Shown piece by piece: positions 1 to 6,900 of a stretch of 32,000 nucleotides of DNA. The notes below the pieces were generated by a model. The model was given only the letters and a program-made list of their open reading frames with translations. It was not told the DNA's origin and searched no databases. This DNA is from Propionibacterium freudenreichii subsp. freudenreichii (GTDB lineage: Bacteria > Actinomycetota > Actinomycetes > Propionibacteriales > Propionibacteriaceae): positions 2,580,001 through 2,612,000 of the forward strand of contig NZ_CP010341.1 in NCBI RefSeq assembly GCF_000940845.1, written 5' to 3'. Both the position numbers and the translations under genes were made by a program. How positions within the stretch are numbered: position 1 is the first letter of the stretch; every line of letters begins with the position of its first letter.

Positions 1-73
1 ACCCCACACCGGGATCGGCGGCCAGACTCCCTCAGCCCGCGTTCACAACGTCACGGGGAAGTACAGCTAGACC

Positions 74-1099
74 CTAGAACGGTGCCTCGTCGCGTGTCGC
101 CCACGGGTTCGGGGGCGACGGCGGCAAGGCTCCCCCGGGCAGCGGCAGGTTGGTGACGACGTAGAGGTTCAAGATGTCGTCGCGGTCCATGAACATGATC
201 TGGCTCCGCTTGCTGGCATCGAGAGCGTTGCCGAGCCAGTTGCGAGCCGCCTTGGTGATCTCCCCGCCCGCCACGATGAAGGCGTGGTCAACCAAGACCC
301 GGCGGTTGGTCTCAGGATCGAAGATCTCGTGTGCCAGCATCATGAGCGCTTGGTTGTGGATCTCGGCCATGTTGGCGTTGCCGGTCTTGGTGACGCCTGA
401 GGCGTCGAGCTTGCCCTTCTTAGCCTGGATGCCGAAGTAGAGGATGTGCTGGGTCGGCAAGGTGTAGCGCATCCAGATGTCCTTGCCGTACTCCAGCGCC
501 TTGTCCTTGTGCCCGGCTGCCGTGATGCGGTGGTAGCCCAACTGTCTGAACAGCGGGAGGAGCACTTCCTCGATGAGATCATCCTCGCTGCACTGGTCGA
601 GGTAGGCCGTCAAGAGCTGCCGCCGCTCCAGTTCAGCCTTGCTGAAGGGGCGGTGCGGATTGGCGGCAAGGACAGTGACGGTCTGTGTGCCGACGTGGCG
701 GAGGTAGCAGTGGTTGTCTTCGCCGTAGAACGCCTCGAAACCTTCGCGACCGAGTACCTCGTTGAGTTGTGCCAGCGCACGAGGACGGTCGGGGCCTTCG
801 TTGAGCCGATCGGCTGGACTCATGAGTTGGTCAATGAGACGGCAGAAGACATCCGGGGGACGTGTGGGGCCGTCATGGGGTTCGGCCAGCATCTGTTCCA
901 ACACGTCCGCAACCCAGCGATGGCGGGTCGAGCCGTCGTGGTGGAACTCGGTCTCCAACTCTTGAAAGAACTCGGTGATGTACATGCTGGAGCGATACGG
1001 GAAGTACTTGGCTTCGTCCTCGTTTTCGGCGTCGTCACGACCCACGTTGCCCACGATGAGTGACCCGAGGGCTTCGAGGTTGCGGCGACGGAACTTCAC
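74..1099 (-). CDS. Mrr-like restriction-endonuclease-domain protein (D...QxK variant of PD-(D/E)xK) with an unassigned ~160-aa N-terminal domain
   Basis: 341-aa ORF with a GTG start at 1097-1099. The C-terminal half has the helix 'DDLIEEVLLPLFRQLGY', then 'YGKDIWMRY' (Asp codon 479-481) and 'YFGIQAKKGK' (Q-A-K codons 419-427). This is the D...IQAK(R/K) layout I recall for the E. coli Mrr catalytic domain. It is followed by 'FIVAGGEITKAA'. The N-terminal half is not recognised. Confidence 0.6.
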   Translation of the reverse strand: MKFRRRNLEALGSLIVGNVGRDDAENEDEAKYFPYRSSMYITEFFQELETEFHHDGSTRHRWVADVLEQMLAEPHDGPTRPPDVFCRLIDQLMSPADRLNEGPDRPRALAQLNEVLGREGFEAFYGEDNHCYLRHVGTQTVTVLAANPHRPFSKAELERRQLLTAYLDQCSEDDLIEEVLLPLFRQLGYHRITAAGHKDKALEYGKDIWMRYTLPTQHILYFGIQAKKGKLDASGVTKTGNANMAEIHNQALMMLAHEIFDPETNRRVLVDHAFIVAGGEITKAARNWLGNALDASKRSQIMFMDRDDILNLYVVTNLPLPGGALPPSPPNPWATRDEAPF

Positions 1100-1221
1100 G
1101 GGACCATTGTTGCAAGCGGGACCGACAAACGACCGGACTCCGTGGGCTGCGGCTGCACCGTCTGCCCCGGCATGCGGTGCCGCATCGGCTGAGTGTCAGT
1201 GTCACGTGCTCGAATAGACCC
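1100..1221. promoter_or_regulatory. Divergent intergenic region between the Mrr-like gene and the HEPN-led cluster; probable bidirectional promoter/operator
   Basis: 122-bp gap between two divergent start codons. It contains the inverted repeat ATGCGG-TG-CCGCAT (1172-1185) and the tandem GTGTCAGTGTCA followed by CACGTG (1193-1208). No confident -10/-35 assignment was possible. Confidence 0.3.
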
Positions 1222-1983
1222 ATGACTGTGGACGTGCGGCGCGCTGTTCTTGACCGCCTCGGCACTGGAGGTGCCTCGCGCTTTGGCCGCCCATACCTCG
1301 TGGCAACCCTTCACCGGGAAGTTGGCTGTTCCGAGACGGAAGTGTGGGAGGCCTTCTGGGGTCTGGTCGGTGAGGGACTGGTCTACCTCGACACCGCCGG
1401 CCAGGGATCAGGCACTGACAACTGGCAGTGGCACCTATCGACAGATGGCCGAAGGGTGGCTGAGGGCGGCTCCTGGGAGCCACGCGACCCCGACGGCTAC
1501 ATGGATCGGGTTCGACGAGACATCCCCGACTTGGACGAACTCGTGGAACTTTACCTGACAGAGGCGTTGCAGTCGTTCAACGGGCGATGCTACCTCGCCA
1601 CCTCCGTCATGCTTGGAGTCGCCGCAGAACGTGCCTTCCTGGTCATGGCTGCGTCCTACGCCGCCTCTACTGTCTCGGGCGCGCCGGCTATGGCCAAGGA
1701 GTTAGCGCGGCCGCGAAGCAACTACTTCGCCTTGTGGACGGAGTTCCGAAAGCGCATCGAGCCGATCCGCCAGGATCTGCCGGATGGGCTCGCCGACTCT
1801 CTCACGCTGGATGCCATCGCTGACCTGATCCGCCTGACCCGCAACGAGGTTGGCCACCCCACTGGCCGCCAGATTGACGAGGACACCGCTCGAGTTCACC
1901 TGACGATTGCTCCGACATACATGCGGAAGATGCGTGCGCTGACCGTCCACTTCGCCCAGAGGCCGGCGGAGGTGAACGAATGA
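1222..1983 (+). CDS. HEPN-domain protein (Rx4H motif) with a possible N-terminal winged-helix module
   Basis: ATG at 1222 inside the 1060-1983 ORF; the upstream GTG extension overlaps the divergent gene and reads as nonsense. The motif 'LTRNEVGHP' (R-N-E-V-G-H, nt 1840-1857) matches the HEPN R[polar]xxxH signature near the C-terminus of an all-helical region ('LTEALQSFNGRCYLATSVMLGVAAERAF'). The N-terminal ~90 aa ('VWEAFWGLVGEGLVYLD...WQWHLSTDGRRVA') looks wHTH-like; this part is inference only. Confidence 0.6.
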   Translation: MTVDVRRAVLDRLGTGGASRFGRPYLVATLHREVGCSETEVWEAFWGLVGEGLVYLDTAGQGSGTDNWQWHLSTDGRRVAEGGSWEPRDPDGYMDRVRRDIPDLDELVELYLTEALQSFNGRCYLATSVMLGVAAERAFLVMAASYAASTVSGAPAMAKELARPRSNYFALWTEFRKRIEPIRQDLPDGLADSLTLDAIADLIRLTRNEVGHPTGRQIDEDTARVHLTIAPTYMRKMRALTVHFAQRPAEVNE

Positions 1984-3440
1984 CGCAACTGCCGATGCCG
2001 GTCCACGTCGGATCCGAACCACCTGAGCATTGGGACGACATAGAGGCGCGACAACAGCAGTATGGCGACGATGCGGCACCATACCTGCGTGACAAACAAC
2101 GGCCGTCCATCGCCAGGCCAGACATTGACTGGGGTGCGCTTGGATTCGAGCCACGTTGGGTGGGTTTCGACGCCGCAGACTGCGCGGCTGCGTTGCAGCC
2201 GAGCATTTTCTCTGGTCAAGGCGCCGACGAGTTCAACCGCTTCCGTCAAGGTGCTGAGCGGCGGGGCGAGACAGCTCTAGTGATCAGCCCGATCGGTGAG
2301 ACCGAAGGCGCGTCTCGCAACGTGCACAACGTCTTCGATCCACCTGTCAGCTCGGTCTCGATTGGGCAGACCTACACGAGCATCGACGGTCGCACAATCG
2401 GCAAGGGCGCGCGGGTTCGGGCCGCCTCCGACCTCGATGATGCGGACGGCCAGCTCGCGCTCCGACTACTCAGCGCCACGCAGGCACCTACGTGGCGCAG
2501 CCTGTCGCTCAGCGGTGCAGTGTTGGAGTCCGTGTACGGCCGCGAGGACCACCCTCCCGAAGGAACGCTGCTGCCTATCTTGGAGACGGAGCTGGGCGAA
2601 CCAGTTGTGGCGGTCTGGATATCGCCGGATGGTGTGGAGCGACGCTACGTCGTTCCGGTCGAGACTTCCTGGACGCTGTTGCTTCCGTGGCTACTGGAAC
2701 AAGCGCTCCCGGCGTTCGTTCCTGGGGCGATGCGCCGTGCGCGGCGTCCGTTGACCTCAGACAGGGATCTGATGACTCGGCGTGAACGGGACGCCCATGC
2801 CGCGCTGGCCGATCTGGAGCTGGACTACGCCGCGCGCCGCATCGAACTTGAGCGCCAGATCGAGGACGCACAGGATGCCGCCGTGGCGACCCGCGAGGGA
2901 CTTCTTTACGGTACTGGCCAGCAACTGGTCAGCGCCGTTCGCGCCGTCTTCGAGACCGCTGGAATCGAGGTTGTTGACCTTGACGAGAAGCTCGGAGACA
3001 CCAAGAACGCCGACCTGCTCTGTACCTACGGAGGCTTGTCGCGATTGGTCGAGGTGAAGTCAGCGAACGGGAGCGCTCCCGAACGTGCCTACCAAGACTT
3101 GATCCGGCACCTACGTGAGTGGCCGAGCTTGCCGGGCGCTTCTCCGATCGACGGAGGCGCGCTTGTGATCAGTCATGATCTCCGCAAGGTGCCTCTTGAT
3201 CGGAGGCCGACGCCATACGCGAGGCCGGAGTTTTTGTTGGCGCAGACCGAGCCGGTGATCTCCGCGCTGGAACTCTTCGCGGCCTGGCGCGACGAGGACG
3301 TGGAAGCGATTCGTCAGCTGCTGTTCGGCTCAAGTGCCGCACCTGTGGGTAACTCGGCGGGGCAGGCCGGTGCCGCGGTTGTCGACGTCGATGCCGCCTC
3401 ATCCAGTCGCATCCTGCGACACTGGTTTGGGCGGCGCTGA
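1980..3440 (+). CDS. Coiled-coil protein with a C-terminal PD-(D/E)xK (restriction-endonuclease-fold) motif; N-terminal ~270 aa unassigned
   Basis: The ATG at 1980 overlaps the upstream TGA (ATGA) and has GGAGGTG 7 nt upstream, indicating translational coupling. The helical, charged segment 'RERDAHAALADLELDYAARRIELERQIEDAQDAA' is followed by 'AVRAVFETAGIEV...NADLLCTYGGLSRLVEVKS' (Asp codon 3012-3014; E-V-K 3051-3059), a classic D-x(n)-ExK arrangement. Confidence 0.6.
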   Translation: MTQLPMPVHVGSEPPEHWDDIEARQQQYGDDAAPYLRDKQRPSIARPDIDWGALGFEPRWVGFDAADCAAALQPSIFSGQGADEFNRFRQGAERRGETALVISPIGETEGASRNVHNVFDPPVSSVSIGQTYTSIDGRTIGKGARVRAASDLDDADGQLALRLLSATQAPTWRSLSLSGAVLESVYGREDHPPEGTLLPILETELGEPVVAVWISPDGVERRYVVPVETSWTLLLPWLLEQALPAFVPGAMRRARRPLTSDRDLMTRRERDAHAALADLELDYAARRIELERQIEDAQDAAVATREGLLYGTGQQLVSAVRAVFETAGIEVVDLDEKLGDTKNADLLCTYGGLSRLVEVKSANGSAPERAYQDLIRHLREWPSLPGASPIDGGALVISHDLRKVPLDRRPTPYARPEFLLAQTEPVISALELFAAWRDEDVEAIRQLLFGSSAAPVGNSAGQAGAAVVDVDAASSSRILRHWFGRR

Positions 3441-3718
3441 GTCAGGACCCGCTCAGCGCGGCCAATCCGAGCAGGGCCAGACAAGCGCCTACCGGGCAGG
3501 TGGGGTCTTCTGTGCGTAAGACATAACACTGCCGGACAACCTCGCCACCGAGGCCGAGAACCTCCATGAGTATGTCGTCGTCCCCGAACTGCTCCGCCTC
3601 AAGTACCGTTAACGCTGCAAGCAGTTCAAGGCCGTGATGACCTCCCTAGTTCCGAACCGGCGGGAGTTGGAGTAGAGCAGCAAGCACTCGGCGCAACAAC
3701 AGGCAGGCATTGACGCAC

Positions 3719-6292
3719 ATGGCATTTCTGGGCAAGACGAAGCGGGCGGTCCAACAGTTTCCGTCGCCGGAGGAGCTGTACCTCAGCGGGACTCTGCCAC
3801 GCACCACGGACGCTGTCGACTCTCTCTGGCTGCATCAGGGCGACGTCATCCGTGCCTACGCCGAGAACCACGTGGACACCCCGGACCTCGCGCTGGAGCT
3901 ACCGACGGGAACCGGCAAGACCCTGCCAGGTCTGCTCGTCGGGGAGTGGGTGCGACGTAAGGCCGAAGGTCCTGTTATCTACGCCACACCGACCAAGCAG
4001 CTCGCGCGTCAGGTGGCGGCGACCGCTGAGCGCGAGGGCATTGCGGCCGCGCTCCTGATCGGAAGTGCCAAGTACTGGGATCCGGCGGATGAGGCATCGG
4101 TCGAGGGTGGCGAGGCAATTGGGATCACGACTTACAGTGCGGTCTTCAACAGCAGTCCCAAGCTGCCCGAGCCCAGGCTCCTGATCTTCGACGATGCTCA
4201 CGCTGGCGAGCAGTTCGTGGGCAATGAGTATGGCATCAGCATCCGTCGCCACGACGATGAGGACGCATACCTCGAGGTCCTGGAAGGGCTGAAGCCGTTC
4301 CTGTCTGGACTCCTCATCCAGCGACTTGAAGGCGACCCCGATCCCGGCGCTCACCACCAAGTGCGCCTAATCCTGCCTGCGGTCGACCAGACGGCGCTGA
4401 CGAAGCTCGACGCCGTTTTGGCAGGTCTGCCCAAGCCTCACTCGTACAAGCTCGCTATGATCCGGCCGGGCCTGGCAGCCTGCTGTGTCTACCTGTCCTA
4501 CGGCGGTATCCAGATCCGCCCGATGATCCCGCCGACGTACGAGAACCGTGTCTTCGCTCGCGCCAAGCAGCGCATCTACCTGTCGGCGACTCTAGGCTCT
4601 GGCGGGGAACTGGAGCGCGCCTTCGGTCGGCGTGAGATCGTGCGAATGCCGCTTCCGACCAAGACACCTCCTCGCTCTGGCCGGAGGCTGTTCGTCTTCC
4701 CTGACTTGGTCAAGGACGGAGACGCAGTGGAGCTGACGAAGCAGATAGTCGGCCTCACCGACAAGGCGCTCGTGCTCAGCCAGGAGACCATCGCCAACAC
4801 CGAGGCGACAGCGAAGGCACTGGCCGGCAACGACGTGCCGGTCATGGGACGGGACGATCTAGAACGGAACGGCTTGGAGTCATTCGCGAAGGCTTCGAGT
4901 GGAGTACTCGGGCTGGCCAATCGTTATGACGGACTCGATCTGCCCGGCAAAGCCTGCCGGATTGTTGTCCTTGACGGGAGACCGGACGCAGTCGGGCTAC
5001 AGGAGCGATTCCTGAGTGAGCGGGCAGAGGCCAACGCAGCCCTCGCAGAGCGCCTCCGTACCCGCATCGTGCAGGGCGCCGGGCGCTGCACCCGTGGCCC
5101 GAACGACTACGCCGTGGTCGTCGTGCTCGGTTCGGACATCATGAAGTACTTCTCTAGGCCCGAGAACCTCAAGGCACTCGAACCGGAGCTACAGGCCGAG
5201 GTTGAGTTCGGTTGGCAGAACAGCAGGGGCACCGATCCCGACGAGATAATCGAGAACGTCGGAGTGTTCCTCGAACACGGTGCCGACTGGCGTAAGCAGG
5301 GTGAGCCCATGGTGGCCGAGTTCCGGCAGGACGCCGTCAAAGTCGAGGCTCCTGGAACAGATGCTCTCGGCAAGGCCGCGGCGCTTGAGGTTGAGGCCTG
5401 GCAGCTGGCATTCGGGGGCGACTGGATAGGTGCCAGCGAGAAGATGCAGGAAGCGGTGCCCCATGTCGGCCCTGAGGCAACGCGCGGCTACCGCGGTCTG
5501 CTGCTGTACATCGCAGGTGTGTGGCTGCACCTTGGAGCCCAGGATGAAACCCAGCGATCACGTGCCCGACAGCTCGTTCGAGAGGCCGCTCTCGCGGCCA
5601 ATCGCGGCACCTGGCTCAAGGAGATGCGAGAACTGCCTGGCGCCGAGGAGGTTCCGCTTGTCCTCGAGGACATCGTGGCTGTGAACCAGGTGGTCGCCCG
5701 CCTGCGTGGACAGATCAAGCCGAAGCGGATCAACACAGCCCTCACCGAGATGCAGGAATCACTCGACCAGGATGAAGCCATCAGGTATGAACGCGGTTTG
5801 ACGACTCTCGGGTCGTTCCTCGGGGCGGAGGCTTCTAAGCCGAAGGGCCAGGGCCGCTGCGACTCCGCCTGGGTATGGGGCACCGCTATGTGGATGACCA
5901 TCGAGGCGAAGTCGGAGGAGCACAACGGCGGCCTGCTTCCGCTGAAGGACGTTCGCCAGGCCAACACTCAGCTCGACCAGCTGGCGGCGGACAGAGGGAT
6001 GGATCACCCGCCGGCGGGTAGTCCAGCGATCATCGTGTCGGACAAACTGTCGGTGGACCCGCAGCATGCTCAAGCGGCGAACCCCAACGTCTACCTGACA
6101 TCGACCAGGGTCGTGGGGGAGATAGCCAGTGACGTTGCCGTCGTCTGGGCGGACCTGCTTACGACCGCCATCGGTATTGCCTCCGAGCATGCCCAGAAGC
6201 AGCACGTCCGGTCTGTCATGACCGAGAACGGCTGTCTGCCGAGTCAGGTGATTGATCGGCTCGCGCAGAACCGGATCAGGCCCGGCCACTGA
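3719..6292 (+). CDS. SF2 helicase of DinG/XPD (Rad3)-like type lacking Fe-S cysteines, fused to a C-terminal PD-(D/E)xK-like module
   Basis: The ORF track starts at TTG 3710; the first ATG is at 3719. Helicase motifs seen: motif I 'LPTGTGKT' (GTGKT at 3908-3922), Ia 'YATPTKQLARQV', II 'LLIFDDAH' (DDAH at 4190-4201), III 'SAT' (4583-4591). 'GLANRYDGLDLPGKACRIVVLDGRP' and motif VI 'QGAGRCTR...DYAVVVVLGSD' (5072-5095) resemble the DinG Helicase_C_2 pattern. There are no Cys residues between motifs I and II. The C-terminal ~150 aa carry 'GRCDSAWVWGTAMWMTIEAKSEE' (Asp 5861-5863; E-A-K 5903-5911). Confidence 0.8.
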   Translation: MAFLGKTKRAVQQFPSPEELYLSGTLPRTTDAVDSLWLHQGDVIRAYAENHVDTPDLALELPTGTGKTLPGLLVGEWVRRKAEGPVIYATPTKQLARQVAATAEREGIAAALLIGSAKYWDPADEASVEGGEAIGITTYSAVFNSSPKLPEPRLLIFDDAHAGEQFVGNEYGISIRRHDDEDAYLEVLEGLKPFLSGLLIQRLEGDPDPGAHHQVRLILPAVDQTALTKLDAVLAGLPKPHSYKLAMIRPGLAACCVYLSYGGIQIRPMIPPTYENRVFARAKQRIYLSATLGSGGELERAFGRREIVRMPLPTKTPPRSGRRLFVFPDLVKDGDAVELTKQIVGLTDKALVLSQETIANTEATAKALAGNDVPVMGRDDLERNGLESFAKASSGVLGLANRYDGLDLPGKACRIVVLDGRPDAVGLQERFLSERAEANAALAERLRTRIVQGAGRCTRGPNDYAVVVVLGSDIMKYFSRPENLKALEPELQAEVEFGWQNSRGTDPDEIIENVGVFLEHGADWRKQGEPMVAEFRQDAVKVEAPGTDALGKAAALEVEAWQLAFGGDWIGASEKMQEAVPHVGPEATRGYRGLLLYIAGVWLHLGAQDETQRSRARQLVREAALAANRGTWLKEMRELPGAEEVPLVLEDIVAVNQVVARLRGQIKPKRINTALTEMQESLDQDEAIRYERGLTTLGSFLGAEASKPKGQGRCDSAWVWGTAMWMTIEAKSEEHNGGLLPLKDVRQANTQLDQLAADRGMDHPPAGSPAIIVSDKLSVDPQHAQAANPNVYLTSTRVVGEIASDVAVVWADLLTTAIGIASEHAQKQHVRSVMTENGCLPSQVIDRLAQNRIRPGH

Positions 6293-6320
6293 GGGGGAGC
6301 GGCAAGTCCTCCCAGCGTGA

Positions 6321-6605
6321 TCACAGCAAGTCCTTCGTGTGCGTCCACACGGTCATCCGGTGCACGCCGAACCGCCGGGAGATCGACACCACGCTCTCGC
6401 CGTTCGCTCGGGCAGTTCGGATAGCGTCCACTTGGCTCTCCGTCAGCGGTGTTCTAGCTCGTCTCCTAGGGTTCGCCACGACGCCGAGGTCGTCCTCGAC
6501 GGCAGCTTCCGGCTCATCGCCGAGACCGAGTTTCGCCTGCTTCCACGCGGAACCAAGCCGCTCGAACCTCTGCCAGGTGTTCGGTTTGAGTCCACTCGCG
6601 TCCAC
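6321..6605 (-). CDS. Small helix-turn-helix protein (resolvase/Hin-type HTH); possibly a relic of a recombinase or mobile-element gene
   Basis: 94-aa ORF with a GTG start and no internal ATG before the HTH. 'RRRARTPLTESQVDAIRTARANGESVVSISRRFGVHRMTVWTHTKD' fits the GRP..L...q...i....G.s...ia...gv.r.TvyR pattern of serine-recombinase C-terminal HTH domains. No resolvase catalytic domain is present. Confidence 0.45.
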   Translation of the reverse strand: MDASGLKPNTWQRFERLGSAWKQAKLGLGDEPEAAVEDDLGVVANPRRRARTPLTESQVDAIRTARANGESVVSISRRFGVHRMTVWTHTKDLL

Positions 6606-6697
6606 AATTCTTGAGGTGCACGGGGCCCGTTGTGCGAGGGCCGGTGCACATGGCTTCCCCGGATCCCCCGCTCACTCTGTGCGCCCCCGCCCAGTTC

Positions 6698-6731
6698 ATG
6701 GTTGTGGTGGTGGGACGCGTCGAAACCAACC
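6698..6731. repeat. Interspersed repeat family 3, copy 1 (ATGGTTGTGGTG..GACGCGTCGAAACCA.CC)
   Basis: 30 of 34 positions are identical to 26315-26348. It contains the 8-bp palindrome GACGCGTC. Confidence 0.7.
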
Positions 6732-6750
6732 GGGACGCGCTGATCCCGCA

Positions 6751-6800
6751 GGATAGGTGCGGATAAAGCACCGTCTTTGGTGCCTAATCCGCACCTATCC
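6751..6800. repeat. Interspersed palindromic repeat family 1, copy a (imperfect hairpin)
   Basis: GGATAGGTGCGGATAAAGCACC-gtcttt-GGTGCCTAATCCGCACCTATCC. The arms are 22 nt with 2 mismatches. It is homologous to 17696-17743 and 26079-26126. Confidence 0.8.
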
Positions 6801-6840
6801 TCGAGTCCCCGGCCATGGCACCGCACGCCGGGCAGGCCCG

Positions 6841-6890
6841 GGATGGGGAGGACCTTTACGTCGTCTAACCTGCAAAGGTCCTCCCCATCC
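6841..6890 (-). terminator. Perfect 17-bp-stem hairpin immediately downstream of the ltrA-family gene; putative intrinsic terminator
   Basis: GGATGGGGAGGACCTTT (6841-6857) and AAAGGTCCTCCCCATCC (6874-6890) are exact reverse complements, with a 16-nt loop. It begins 10 nt past the stop at 6901-6903. There is no U-tract, so terminator function is inferred only. Confidence 0.5.
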
Positions 6891-6900
6891 GCCGGTCCAC

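Noticed and set aside
1060-1221. Upstream GTG-initiated extension of the HEPN ORF (the ORF track starts at 1060).
   Set aside because: The extension overlaps the 5' end of the divergent Mrr-like gene and translates to Cys/Arg-rich nonsense ('MTRGLRGCGDGTSRDHCCKRDRQ'). The ATG at 1222 gives a sensible N-terminus.
3442-3567. 41-codon minus-strand ORF in the spacer between the nuclease and helicase genes.
   Set aside because: It is too short, has no visible Shine-Dalgarno sequence and has no recognisable motif. It is kept only as a note within the spacer finding and is not called as a feature.
6570-6605. tRNA-like T-arm ('GGTTTGAGTCC') that could mark a tRNA-derived att site at the island border.
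   Set aside because: The flanking bases do not form a T-stem, there is no acceptor, anticodon or CCA context, and the stretch lies inside the HTH ORF. It is most likely coincidental.
6443-6826. Shared peptide 'GFDAS(N/H)HHNH' encoded on the minus strand by both family-3 repeat copies (ORFs 6443-6826 and 26138-26350), which could suggest a conserved micro-protein.
   Set aside because: The surrounding ORF translations are unrelated nonsense and the similarity is confined to the ~34-bp DNA repeat. The conservation is best explained at the nucleotide or structure level.
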